Shown piece after piece: positions 24,225 to 35,639 of a stretch of 64,000 nt of DNA. The number at the start of each line of letters is the position of its first letter. The stretch's first letter is position 1. The notes beneath the pieces are model-generated. The model did no database searches and was not told the origin of the DNA. It was given only the letters and a program-made list of their open reading frames with translations. Made by a program: the position numbers and the translations under genes. This DNA comes from Centroscyllium fabricii (Eukaryota): assembly GCA_051313645.2 (NCBI GenBank), contig JBNRSN020000039.1, positions 6,448,001 through 6,512,000 on the forward strand. The letters run 5' to 3'.

Positions 24225-24760
24225 TTTACATAAAACTGGTTTTAACAAATGACGTGGATTTAGCTTCACAGGGCACACTTGCCAAATTTGCAGGTGACAT
24301 AATACTTTGAAATGTAGTAAACAGTGACTTCAGGAGGACACAGAGAGACTGGTACAATAGGCAGACAAATTGCAGATGAACGTTTACACAGTGAAGTGTG
24401 AAGTGATGACTTTTGGTAGAATGAGGAGAAACAGTATAACCTAAATTGTACAATTATAAAGGGGCTGAAGGTAAACAGAGATGTGGTGATTCATATATGG
24501 AAATATTTGAAGGTGGCAGGACAAGTTGATTAGGGCTTTTCAAAAACATAATGGTCGCTTTGCTTCAAAAATAGATCCTTTTAAAAAGCCACATTATCGT
24601 TGCAATTCCGGGCACCAAACTTTAAGAAGAATGTCACTGTAGAGTTTGCAAACGAGTTTCGTTAGAGTGGTTCCAGGGCTGAGCGAGTAGTAGAGAGGGA
24701 GAGAGTAGAGAAGCTGGGGTTGTCCTCTTTGGAGCTGAACAGTTTAAGAGGAGACTTAAT
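24225..24760 (+). mobile_element. CR1 RT C-terminal fragment, resuming at about 25390-25770 after a MITE insertion
   Basis: KFAGD, KCEVMTFG and RGDLI remnants, with the 3' UTR after the MITE. Confidence 0.65.
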
Positions 24761-24761
24761 T

Positions 24762-25386
24762 GGCCCTGTTTTCCTGTGGCCCGATTGCTGCGGGTGCGCG
24801 CTCACGTGCACCCGTGGCGCACGCGCACGTATTCTTTTTTTCAGCGTAGGGGTCTGGTTTTTTTTGGTGCGTAGTGCAAGCCACGCCCACTGAGGTCGGC
24901 TTTCCCCCCCGCACAAAGCACAGAATCGGCCTGAGGATAAAGAATATCAGGTAGGAAGCACCTTTTTGTTTTTTTTTTTAAGTTCCTAGGAAGCTGTTTT
25001 TTTTAAGTTTCTGCCTTTTCTGCTGTTAGGTTTTTTTTTTGCTCCAAGTGAAAAAAACACGTTTAAAGTTAAGTTTTTCTTTGACTCCTTTGCAGATATT
25101 TGTCTGTGGTCTTTCAGCTTGTAAATGGGTAGGGTTTTTTATTTGTTAGTGAAAGTGAAAAAAAAACGGGTTTTGAACGCGATGTCAGCAGCTGTGATGG
25201 CCATCGCATTTTGAGCAGCTGCCACAGGAAATCTGCAACTCAAAGTCTTCCTGGGTAGGATGGCCCCTTGCCCATCAGCACAGGAAATTCACGTTTCTGG
25301 TAATCACCCGAGCTGCACCCCCACGAGGCATTTCTGACCCCCCTTCGTGGGGGTGCAGCTCTTATGGAGCACAGGAAAAAAGGGCC
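24762..25386. mobile_element. MITE with ~17-bp terminal inverted repeats
   Basis: ggccctgttttcctgtg ... cacaggaaaaaagggcc, with right subterminus homologous to 32090-32176. Confidence 0.8.
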
Positions 25387-25986
25387 CAACAGTGATGGTC
25401 AATATTATGAGGGTGTCTGCCGGTGTATATAACGAGGGATTGTTTCCACTGGTGGGAGCTTTGACACCCAAAGGACACGGGTGTTAAGCTGATTTGCATA
25501 AGAACCTGAGCCGACATGAGGAAACCTTTTACAAAGTGAATTGTTATGATCTGGACTGCACCGCCTGAAAACGAGGTGGAAGAAGAGGTAATTTTAACCA
25601 TCAAAAAGGGATTTAGATAACTTTTTAAAATGTAAAATTTGCAGGGCTTTGTAGAAAGACAAGGGGAATTCGATTGAATGGACAAGTCTTTCAAAGATCC
25701 AGCACATACTCTATTGGTAGAATGGAGTCCTTCTGTGTTGGGCCATTCTATGAAGCAATGATTCTATGTTACATGTGGGGTCAACCCACGAGTGAACACA
25801 AGAACATTCCGTTTTTGGGAAAGTTTTTCTTAAATTGCCGAATGCCCATCGTTCCATCGCAGCACGGGTCCTGTGCCATCAACAGCAAACTGTGAAGAGC
25901 AGCTACTCCAAGACAGAGGACAATTATCCCAATGTCTCGAGTCTGTTACCCACTGGATGCGTTAGAATAACGCAAGAGACACTCAC

Positions 25987-26157
25987 CTGAGATATTACAG
26001 TTTGGAGTTGCTGTGTTTCAACACTTGACGAAGAATTCCAACACCTGCATCAGTTATCTTAATTGCGCTGAGATCCAAGTCCAATAATCCTGTGTTCTCC
26101 TTGAGAGCAAGTGCCAATTCTTCACAGCAATCAGATGTCAAACTTTTGTGCTTCAAA
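25987..26157 (-). pseudogene. NLR-like (RI-type) LRR exon, 171 bp, with premature stop
   Basis: cag|T-TTG...CTC-AG|gtgagt gives LKHKSLTSDCCEELALALKENTGLLDLDLSAIKITDAGVGILRQVLKHSNSKL*YL. Exactly 171 bp, phase 2-2, with TAA at 25995-25997. Confidence 0.88.
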
Positions 26158-26236
26158 CTGAAATAATGTGTGTTAATGGTTTAAAGATTCAGGGATAATC
26201 GAATGGATTATTCGTTAATCTGTCAACCGTTAATCC

Positions 26237-26645
26237 GGGGCGGCACGGTGGAACAGTGGTTAGCACTGCTGTCTCACAGCACTCGAGACCCGGGTTCAAA
26301 TCCGGCCTCGGGTACAATCTGTGTGGAGTTTGCACATTCTCCCCGTGTCTGCGTGGGTTTCCTCCGGGTGCTCCGGTTTCCACCCACAGTCCAAAGATGT
26401 GCGGGTTAGGTTGATTGGCCAGGATAAATTGACCCTTAGCGTTAGGGGGATTGAGTATGTGGGGTTACGGGGATAGGGTGAGATACGTGTTGATGCAGGC
26501 TCGATAGGGATAGAGGGGTATGGCGAGAGGGTAGGGGCGGGGTGCTGGGTTTGGATGATCAGCCATGATCTCATTGAATGGCGGAGCAGGCTCGAAGGGC
26601 CGAGTGGCCTACTCCTGCTCCTATCTTCTATGATTCTATGTTTCA
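26237..26645 (+). mobile_element. HE1-like SINE, full length
   Basis: tRNA head (tggttagcac / ggttcaaatcc), central core, and a 3' tail nearly identical to the CR1 tail at 17615-17710. Confidence 0.92.
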
Positions 26646-27694
26646 ATGCTTGTGCACAAAGTGAAATTACGATTTAGTAATTATGTCGCGAAATATAACA
26701 TGCTGCTAAATTCATTTTCATAGAATTTTTCCATGATACTTAGTTGCAAATAAATCTTATCTTTACAGTGCAGATTGAAACCATTCCGCCTTCAATGATT
26801 GTTTAGGTTTTTCAAATAGAATATCCATTTTCCCTTCCCCATTTGCTTTTCGTTTGTTTTTCTTGCTAAATCAGTTGTGCACTTTACTTTTAAATAAAAT
26901 AATGGTGTTAGGTTCCAGCACCGTTTCTAGAATCATCGAATCTTCGAATCTTACTTCACAGAAATACGCCCTTGGGCCCATCAAGCCTGTGCCGGCTCTT
27001 AGCTGTTCAGTTCATTCCACTCCGCTACCCTTGGTGTATAGCACCGCAGGTTTGTATCCTGCTGCAGTCATTTCATTCATTTTGCAAGTTATTTTTGAAT
27101 CTGCATCCACAACCCTTTCAGGCAGTGAAATTTAGATGAAAATAAGTTGTTATGTAAAAAACAAATTCCTCATCTTACATCTGGTTCTTTTGGCATGCTA
27201 ACCTTAAAAATCCACCTGAAAAATTAAAATGTTTTAATTTACCCCCTTATTCTGTTAATGATAATCCGATTGTGTCATTTTTCCTTTTTACCTTACCAAA
27301 GGCTCCGATGTATATGGTCACCTCTTTGAGAGCTATTTTAACCTTCGCTCTTCCAGTAAACAGATTCCTGTCTTCTCCAGTTTCTTCTTATAATGAACAC
27401 ATCCTACGACAGTAGCATCACAGGAAGTCCCCAATAAAGGATCTGCATGGCCTTAACATCATTCCTGATGCAAGGCATCATTCCTGGACCAAAGACAGTT
27501 GCTTAATTACAGACCTATCATCCCGCGAAGTTTCGTTTAATTTTATGACAACCAATCCCTTCACAGATGCACAGCCTACTTCCATTTAGAGGACAATTAC
27601 TATCGCTATTTTTAACAAATGTGTTCATTTACTGGCAAAAGATAGTAAATATAAAAAAAATTATGAGGTGGAGAAAAAAACCACATTATTTCGT

Positions 27695-30600
27695 GTCTGC
27701 TCCGCCATCCAATGAGATCATGGCTGATCTTCGACATTAATTACACTTTCCCGCCTTATCCCTATGTCCCATGTTTCCATTAGATTTCAGAGATCTAACA
27801 ATCTTTGATTTAATATAATCAACGACTGAGCATCCACAGCACGCTGGGGAAGGGCTGGCCAAAGATTAATAACACTCTGAGTGAAAAAATGTCTCCTAAT
27901 TTCAGTGCTATTGTCGATCCCTTCTACTGAGACAATGACCCCTAGTTGTAGACTCGCTGGAAAAAGAAAACCGCAAATCAGCATCTACCCTGTCAAGAAA
28001 TCTAAGAATAATTTATGTTTTAATGGGATCACCTCTCACATTTCTAAAGTCAATCTACTCAATCTTTCCTCAAAGGACAGCCCTCTCATCCAAGGACTCA
28101 AACTTTTGAACCTGTGTTGCACAGCCTATAAGGCAAGCATGTCCTTCCTTAGTTACGGAGACCATAACTGTACGCTTTACCCCAGGTTCGGTCTCAGCAA
28201 ATACCCAATTAAATTGCAGCATGTCTTCCTTAATGTTATACTCTAACCCGATTGCAACAGAGCCTAACATAACATTTGTTTTCCTAATTGATGGTTGTCC
28301 TTGCATGATAACTTTCTGTCAATCGTGTACAAGGACACCCACATTCTTTCACATACGAATGTATATTCCTCTCTCCCCTAATAATAAATGTTCTGTGTTT
28401 CCATTATTCCTTGAAAAGTGGACAACTCCACATTTCCCAGTATACCATAACCCTTCTGGCCCAGTCACTTTACCAGTCTATATCCGTTTGCAGATTATGC
28501 TTCCGCTTCACGCAGTTTTCTGTGACATCCAGCATTTTATTCTCTGCAAAAATAATAATTCGGTCCCCTCAGCTAAATTATTGGTATTGGTTGTACATTG
28601 ATTGTGACCAAGCATTGATGCTTCCACACTCCAACATTTACAGCTTCTTTCTGTTAATCATTCGATTTAATATATTTGGATTTTCAAAAGCCATTCTATA
28701 AAGTGCAACAGTAGATTTTGTTGCACAAGTGTTTGCCTTATGGGACTAAGTTAAGCAATCCTCAATTCATGCTAATATATTAACCTAACACCTCTACTTC
28801 GGCATCTTATGGAATGCCTTCGTAAAATCCAAATATACTACATTGACTGGTTCCGCCTTTCCAAAAATAGGGCTTCAAACTATATAAATGAGGGAAGGTT
28901 CAAGAGTGGGAAATTACTAAATATAGAGAAAGAAGTGGAGGCCACCGAGGAGTGTGGCGTTTTAGGTAAAGTTAACCAGAGTGTTGCAGGAAGCGACAGA
29001 TATTTTTCGGTGATAGTGGATCCCTGAAAAAGTTTAAATCAGTGGAAAAATCGTAAAACGTTAAAATTAAAGTTGCTTTTTCTGAATACGTTACGCATTC
29101 GTAACAAGATAGAAGAATTAATGGCACAAATAGAGATAAATGAGTTTAATCTGTTAAACATTACAGAGAAGTGGTTGCATGGTGACCAAGGTTGGACAAT
29201 ACATATTCCAAGTCACTTGACGTTTCGAAAATACAGACAATAAATCTTTCTGTTCTGACCAATCTGTTTGCACCGTCTAAAAGCTCTAACAAATTTGTCA
29301 GACAATATTTATCTTCCATACATCCGTGTTGACTCTGCCCCATCATATGAATTTCTAAGTGCCATGTTGCCACGTCCGTAATATTACATTCTAGCATTTC
29401 CCTAATGCTGATGCCAGGCTACTTGGCCTATAGGTCCCTGTTTTCTCTTTCTCGTTTCTTTTTCTGAACAGCTGTGTTAGCATTTGATATCTTGCAATCG
29501 AACAAGTACGTTTTAAATTGTAGGAAATTCTGGAAGTTCAAATATTGTTTCTGATCTGCCATTTTACGGCCCATTCTCCATATTAACAATATCCCTTGTC
29601 AGCTTTTTTATTTCGCAAATGTACCTCCTCACTTTGGTACAGAGATCAAGGGAGACGTGCCGGCCATTAATCCACTCGAGCCTGTTCCGACATTCTATTA
29701 TGTCATGGTTGATCTGTGCGTTAATTCGCTCTACCCACCTTTTATTCCTACCTCTTGATATCCTTATTCAAGGAACATCTGCAGATCTCAGTCTTCATAT
29801 GGCATTGACCCAGCAAACTTCTATGTGAGAAAATTCCAGATGACCACAAGATTTCACTATTAAATGCCCGAACTCCATTTTCAAACTTCTGCCCACTTAT
29901 TCTGCTTTGTTTGCTCTCTCTCCATCATGGTGAAATATTTAATGATGTTGAAGACATCTATTAAATGTCTTTCCTTCCATTGAAACACTTGTGAATACAA
30001 GGCAAGTTCCTGCAGCCTGTTCTGATAATCTGACCCTGTTCGAACCGGTGTAATTCTGGTGAAGCTGTTCTGCAGCCCTTGCAAGGTCAATTTATCCTGT
30101 CCGAGGCACAGCGCCCGAAATTGAGCGCTGTACTCGAAACAGATTAAAAATAGACAGTTATCCAACTGAGATATCACTTCAACCCTTTTAAAGAATCATA
30201 GAAACACAAAAAAATTACGAGCAAGTGTAGACCATTCAGCCGTTCCAGCCTGCTCCACCGTCCAATATGATCGTGGCTGATCCTTTATCTCAATATCATA
30301 TTCCCGTACACTCCCCATACACCCTGATGCCTTTTATGTCTAGAAATCTGTTCATCTCTTTTAATTTATTCACTGTCTTGCCCTCTACAGCCTTCAGTGA
30401 TAAAGAATTACACAGCGTCCCCACCCCCTTAATAAAGACACGTCATCCCATCTCAGTCATAAATGTACTGGCACTACCCTGAGACTGTGCCCCCTTGTTC
30501 TAAGCCCAGAGCCCGGGGAAACATCCTCCCTGCATCCAGTATGTCTAGCCCTGTCTGAATTGTATACGTCACAATGATATCCCTCTCATTCTTCTAAACT

Positions 30601-31275
30601 GCAGTGAATGCACGCCTAGTCGACCAAATGTCTCCTCATGCGACAGTCCTGCCAGCCCAGACATCAGTCTTCTGAACCCTCGCTGCACTCACTCTATGGC
30701 AAGTGTATAATTTCTTTGGTGATGGGATGAAAACTAAACACAGTACGCCAGGTGTTTTCTCAAGAATAATCTGTATAACTGGAGTAAGATATCTTTTCTC
30801 CTGTACTCAAATCAACTTTTATCCCATCCCCATCCAGAAAAAGACCAACAATCCATTTCCCTTCTCGATTATTTTGTTAACTGTGAGTGGTTTCTGTACC
30901 TTGACAGCCTAATCTCTCTGCTCCTGCACACTTCCGAGTTTATCACCTTTAAGTAAATATTCCTCTTTCTCGTCCTTTGGTCAGAAGTGGATGTGACATC
31001 TTTATTCAGATTGAGTTCCATCAGCCACAGTTTTGCCCATTCACCTAATCTGCCTCTGACCTTTTACAACTTCCTCCTCCACTTTTCGCATCTTAATGTG
31101 CCTCTTAATTAAGTGCCATTTACCAACGCTGATATACATCAATTGATATTTTCATCCAATTCATTGATATATATATATAAAGTGAAGGACTGAGGCCCAG
31201 GATCGATACTTGAGGAAAATAGCGTGTCACATCCTGCCATTCAGAACACATTCCGGTACTCCCTGTCTCGTTACT
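27695..31275 (-). mobile_element. Cluster of degenerate CR1 fragments, mostly antisense (about 27.7-28.9, 29.24-29.6, 29.6-30.13, 30.2-31.27 kb; sense EN piece at about 28.9-29.24 kb)
   Basis: Antisense RRHFFTQ.VINLW..LPQRAVDA and GQSQHG...CLTNLLE, plus several 3' UTRs. Confidence 0.75.
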
Positions 31276-31351
31276 TCTAGCCAATAGGCAATAACGTTAA
31301 GAGCAACACCCTGAATTCCGTGTGCTGTTGTATTTTCTAATAACATCATGT

Positions 31352-32176
31352 GCCCTGTTTTCCTGTGTGCCGGTTTGTGCGTGCGCTAGGACCCTGGGGA
31401 CTCCTAATCGCACGCACCAACATTGCACAGAAGTTTCAACGTCAATTTCCTCCCCGTTCCTGCGCTGCGCGGCAGTCCAGCCACGATAGGTGCGCAGTGT
31501 AAGCCCCGCCCACAGATCCAACATGTAAATAAAAAACGCCCCCCAGATCCCTAATTTAAATAAACAGATCCCGAGTCGGACCTTTGTGAGAGCAGGGAAC
31601 TGCGGAGCTGCTCTCACAGACTCGGCGGAGGAGCAGCGCGGGCACAGCAGTTTCTCAGAGGAAGAAAAGGAAGGAAAGTCTCCCATTATGTCCTCTTAGA
31701 TTTTTTAATAGCTAGAGAGTTAAAATTTTCAGAAATTTTACTTTAAAAATTAGCATTTGAAACAGGTAAATTAACTTAAAATCTGATTTGTAATTTTTTT
31801 TTAAAAACTTTAACTTAAAAATTTAACGCTACCGATCTGGCCACACTACTCCCAAAAACTGTAAAAAAATAAAATTAAAGTTAAAAAATTAACTTACCTG
31901 CTTCAGTACCTAAATCTTCTCCCTCACGCATGAGTTTACTATTCGTTTTTAAATGTGCACCTTGTGAGCCAGTTGCACACGGAATCACTCTCCAAAAATC
32001 ACCGTTCTGACAGGAAATCGTCAGTGCAAGGTCTTCCTGCGTTGGAAGCTGACGGGCCTTGCCCATCAGCAAAGGAAATTACCGTTCGTGGGCATCCCCC
32101 GTGCTGCACACCCACGGGGCATTTCTGACACCCCTTCGTGAGTGTGCAGCTCCTCTGGAGCACAGGAAAACAGGGC
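31352..32176. mobile_element. MITE with perfect 16-bp terminal inverted repeats
   Basis: gccctgttttcctgtg ... cacaggaaaacagggc, with an AT-rich core. Confidence 0.85.
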
Positions 32177-32759
32177 CCCATGTGTATAACTTAATGAAGT
32201 GCTTTCTGCAAGTCCTTTGCATAAACATCAATACACACGTCCCTGCCCAATATGCTAAAGGCATTATCACAAAATTCAACTGCATCAGTCGGACTTGACC
32301 AACCATCCAGAAATGCAGGATGAATCTCCTTCACACACCCATACTTGTTGAAGTGCAAAGTCAGTCGGCCCCAATGATAAATCCCTGCAAGTTTCCACAC
32401 GCTGATGTTGTACTGATGTGTCTGCAGATACCTGGTACCTCCGCCCCTCCACCCTTTTAACAAAAGTCTCTTAATCTCCCTTCTATTTTTTTGGCAAGCA
32501 CCGGAAATTTCTGTCAGCTCACTTCAGACGCACCTGCAAGTGGGGAATGTCTCCTATTTTTATTACCAATAATTTTATTTTACACAGCTCTACTAAATCT
32601 GCCCCATGGATAAGCATCCCAGCTTCTCAAATGTCTCCATTTCATCTCTTGATTGACAATCACATCCCAGGATCAAGATGAAAATGTTTACCGTGAAATA
32701 CTTCATCTGATGACACTAGCAATCATAAACAAGCTTTCAACATTCCTGCTCATGCTGAG

Positions 32760-33340
32760 GGTATCAAACCCACATTGGGAGACCGCGGTTTAAAACACCT
32801 CCGTTCTGTTTGCAAGCGTGATTCGAGGTTTCGTTCCACTCTGGACCAATCTAAATATGACCACTGTGTCCTCGGCCTCCTGCAGCGGTCGAATGGAACT
32901 CAACGTAAGCGTTAGGATAGTCACCTTATCTTTTGCATAAGCACTTTACAGGCATTCATTTCCACAATTTAATAACATAACCTCTGCCACCGTTCTTTCC
33001 GATGGTGCCTGCTGCTGAGGATACTGTATGTCCCGTTTACAGCTCTTCTAGAGCCCTTTTTTATTTCTTCTCATGTCGCATGATTACATTCTCTCACCTT
33101 GTACCATCATCACATTTGTCATTTACTCGCTCCTGCCTTCCACCCTATCACAGACCTTCGATGTTTTTCTTTTCTCCTCTCCCCTTCCCCTGCCTCTGAA
33201 CTTGCTTAAACCCTATTGCACCATTAACCTTTCCCTGTTCTGATGAAAGGACATCGAGCTGAAACTTTAACTTTGTTTTAACTCCACATATGCTGCCTGT
33301 CACGTGTAGAATTTCCAGCATTATCTGTTTGGATTTCAAC
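32760..33340 (+). mobile_element. Penelope-like element 3' fragment (GIY-YIG C-terminus + pLTR with decayed hammerhead)
   Basis: TLGDR...HLRSVCKRD...VLGLLQ...TQRK..HLIF..STLQ remnants. ctgatgaaaggacatcgagctgaaac at 33240-33266, followed by ctccacatatgctgcctg. Confidence 0.75.
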
Positions 33341-33447
33341 ATTCCTGTTGGACTATTGTATCTTCCAGATAGTGAGCCTGGATTAGTTCCCACCATCTCA
33401 CCATGTCCTATCCATATTCCACACAGAAGGTGCAGCAATCAACCCAC

Positions 33448-33618
33448 CTCAGTTTTTGCAGTTTGCTGTCTCTGTTGTTCATAGCACGATTTAGGGATTG
33501 AACCCCAGCATTACTGAGCTTATTGTTGATCAGGTTCAGGTGGGACATCACTTGGTTTTGATTGAGAAGGGAACCTATGGCCTGGCAAATGCTGCTGGTG
33601 ATCAGGTTGTGATTCAGA
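33448..33618 (-). pseudogene. NLR-like LRR exon, 171 bp, open frame
   Basis: cag|T-CTG...CTG-AG|gtgggt gives LNHNLITSSICQAIGSLLNQNQVMSHLNLINNKLSNAGVQSLNRAMNNRDSKLQKL, phase 2-2. Confidence 0.88.
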
Positions 33619-33635
33619 CTGCATGAAATGGCACA

Positions 33636-33895
33636 TAATAATAATAATTCAACTTTATTGTCATTATGCAATGTCCAAGTACATGAACAACGAAATGTGA
33701 TCTTGCAAGCTCCCAAGAGTCCAGCAAAGCCGCTGCGTCTGTGCGCGCCGCCATTCCATCTTTCCATCATTCCGACAATCTTCAGCCAACCGCCCCTTCC
33801 CGGGGCTCCTTTTGTGACCTTCTGTACCTGGTATTCCCTGGGTGGTCACCCATCCAAGTACTAACCAGGCCTGGCTCTGCTTAGCTTCCAAGCCT
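33636..33895 (-). mobile_element. Chimeric 5S rRNA-derived SINE-like element with Rex/Babar-type tail
   Basis: 33818-33892 (-) reads cttggaagctaagcagagccaggcctggttagtacttggatgggtgaccacccagggaataccaggtacagaagg, the 3' half of 5S rRNA (box A, IE, box C). It is followed by tggcggcgcg..gcagcggctttgc and acatttcgttg...aatgacaataaagttga(att)n. Confidence 0.8.
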
Positions 33896-34559
33896 TGCCA
33901 GTGGCCCTGTCCCTAGTTCCAGGAACAATTGTTAAACACAGTAAGATATCATTTTTACGTAGAATTTCGCAGAGGTTTCAGAACATAAACTGGCCATTCG
34001 ACCCCACAGGTCCATGTCCACGCTAGCTACCAGTCTCGTCCCACCGCCCTATCAGCCCATGCTTCTATTCCTTTCTCGCTCATGTGTTTATGACGTTTAC
34101 CATTAAATTCATCCAATCTATTCGATTGAACTACACCTTCTGGTAGCGAGATCTACATTCTCAGCACCTTCTCGGTCAATATTTTATTATCAATTTCCTA
34201 TTGTTTTCTTCGTGAATATCTTCAATTTACTAACCCTAGTTTGTGTTCGTCACATGAGTGTTAACAGATTCTCTATGCTTATTCTATCAAAGCATTTTTT
34301 ATAATCTGAAATTCCTCTATCTGGTCACCGCTCAGGCTTCTGTTTTCTGCAGTAATGATACACAACATGTTTAGTGCTCCTGACAGTTAAAACCTCTCAG
34401 TTCTGGTATTATTTTAGTAAATCGTTATTGCATCTTCTCCAGCGCATTTAGATTTCAACTTCACCCGTCTAGAAATAAACTTCGTTGCTTAATAGATTAA
34501 ACTATGCATGTATAGGAGTCATTTAGAGTTTCGATGAACTCAGCGTGTTGGTCACTCAC

Positions 34560-34728
34560 ATCAGTATTTGTAGACCGCACTGGGGCTCCTTGCTTTCATT
34601 GCAAAGTGCATCGAACTCCGAGTCTCTCAGCTGGTTGCGACCCAAGTGCAGTTTAACCAAACGTTTTTCCTGGCCAGTCCAGATGCAAGTTCCTCACAAC
34701 AGCTAAGATATGGTCGTTGCTGGCAAGT
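34560..34728 (-). pseudogene. NLR-like LRR exon, 169 bp, two frameshifts
   Basis: tag|A-CTT...CTG-AT|gtgagt gives LASNDHI / SCCEELASGLARK / RLVKLHLGRNQLRDSEFDALCNESKEPQCGLQIL. Two nt short of 171, matching two 1-nt deletions. Confidence 0.85.
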
Positions 34729-35639
34729 CTAGTCATGAAAGGGGATAACGTGTTTTCGTTGAAGATGAAGTATGAAACGATTTGGTCCAACATTACTAAT
34801 ATTTATTAACAGTGGAGTACCCAGTACACATGAATTTTGCAAAGATTGACTGATCTAACTTGGACTCTGCATCTTTATGACGTTTATTTCAATCCGGGCG
34901 CCTTTAAGTGAGGTGATTCCCACGGACGTTAAATATGGGAAGTGTTTGAAGAGAATTATCACAAGCCAATAAATGAACAGTGAGTGTTTTCCACCTCTTT
35001 GTCATCATACATTCTCAATATCTCATCTAGAAATCTCCGGATTATAATTTGTGGCCAATGTGTGTGTTTAATCAATAAAGTAGGTTAGATAAGGAATGAG
35101 ATCATTTACATATATGTGCTTTAAACTGAAGTGGGTAAGGTGTAAACACTTTTAAGAATAACACACATGATGCAATTATGTCCCATCTTTGTCAAAAAGC
35201 GAAATCACTAGCTGCTTTGCAGAGGAATAAAAATGGTATGGTAATTTATGGGAGTAATGGAAAGCGACTGAATGCATGTGAAGGTGGGAAGAGGTAGGGA
35301 AGCGTACATGTTAGGCAGAATGTCAGGGAAGTTAGGGGCAATACAGCCGAAGATGCAATAGATGTAAAAAGTTGACGCATTGAGATAAAATATTCGACAT
35401 TCACAGCCGCCGGGGAAGTTACGTTAAAGGGTATCAGGGGTGTCAAGGGGTATGGCGAGAAAGAAGTAATTGAGTACTGAGGTAGCATGTTCAGCCATGA
35501 ACGCATTAAATGGAGGTGCAGGCTCGAAGGACCGAATGGTCAACTCCTGCACCAATGTTATTTGTTTCTATGTTTCTATAGAATCAAGATAGTGTGAGGC
35601 CTAGGAAAAATTGTCAGGTTACCATCAGGATTCCAGAAT

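Noticed and set aside
26237-26312. tRNA genes here and at 6884 and 7497
   Set aside because: These are tRNA-derived SINE heads continuing into SINE core and tail.
32191-32463. 90-aa minus-strand ORF that looks protein-like
   Set aside because: HPAFLDGWSSPTDAVEFCD...DVYAKDLQKAL is a decayed CR1 RT motif (QHGF..GRSCLTNL.EF...DFQKAF).
33818-33892. 5S rRNA gene
   Set aside because: The 5' part is missing, there are many substitutions, there is no T-run terminator, and it is fused to a retroposon tail.
34994-35125. Further LRR exon candidate (cag|T-TTA-AAG-CAC...) on the minus strand
   Set aside because: It begins like the 26157 exon, but stops follow quickly, the length is wrong and no LRR consensus can be recovered.
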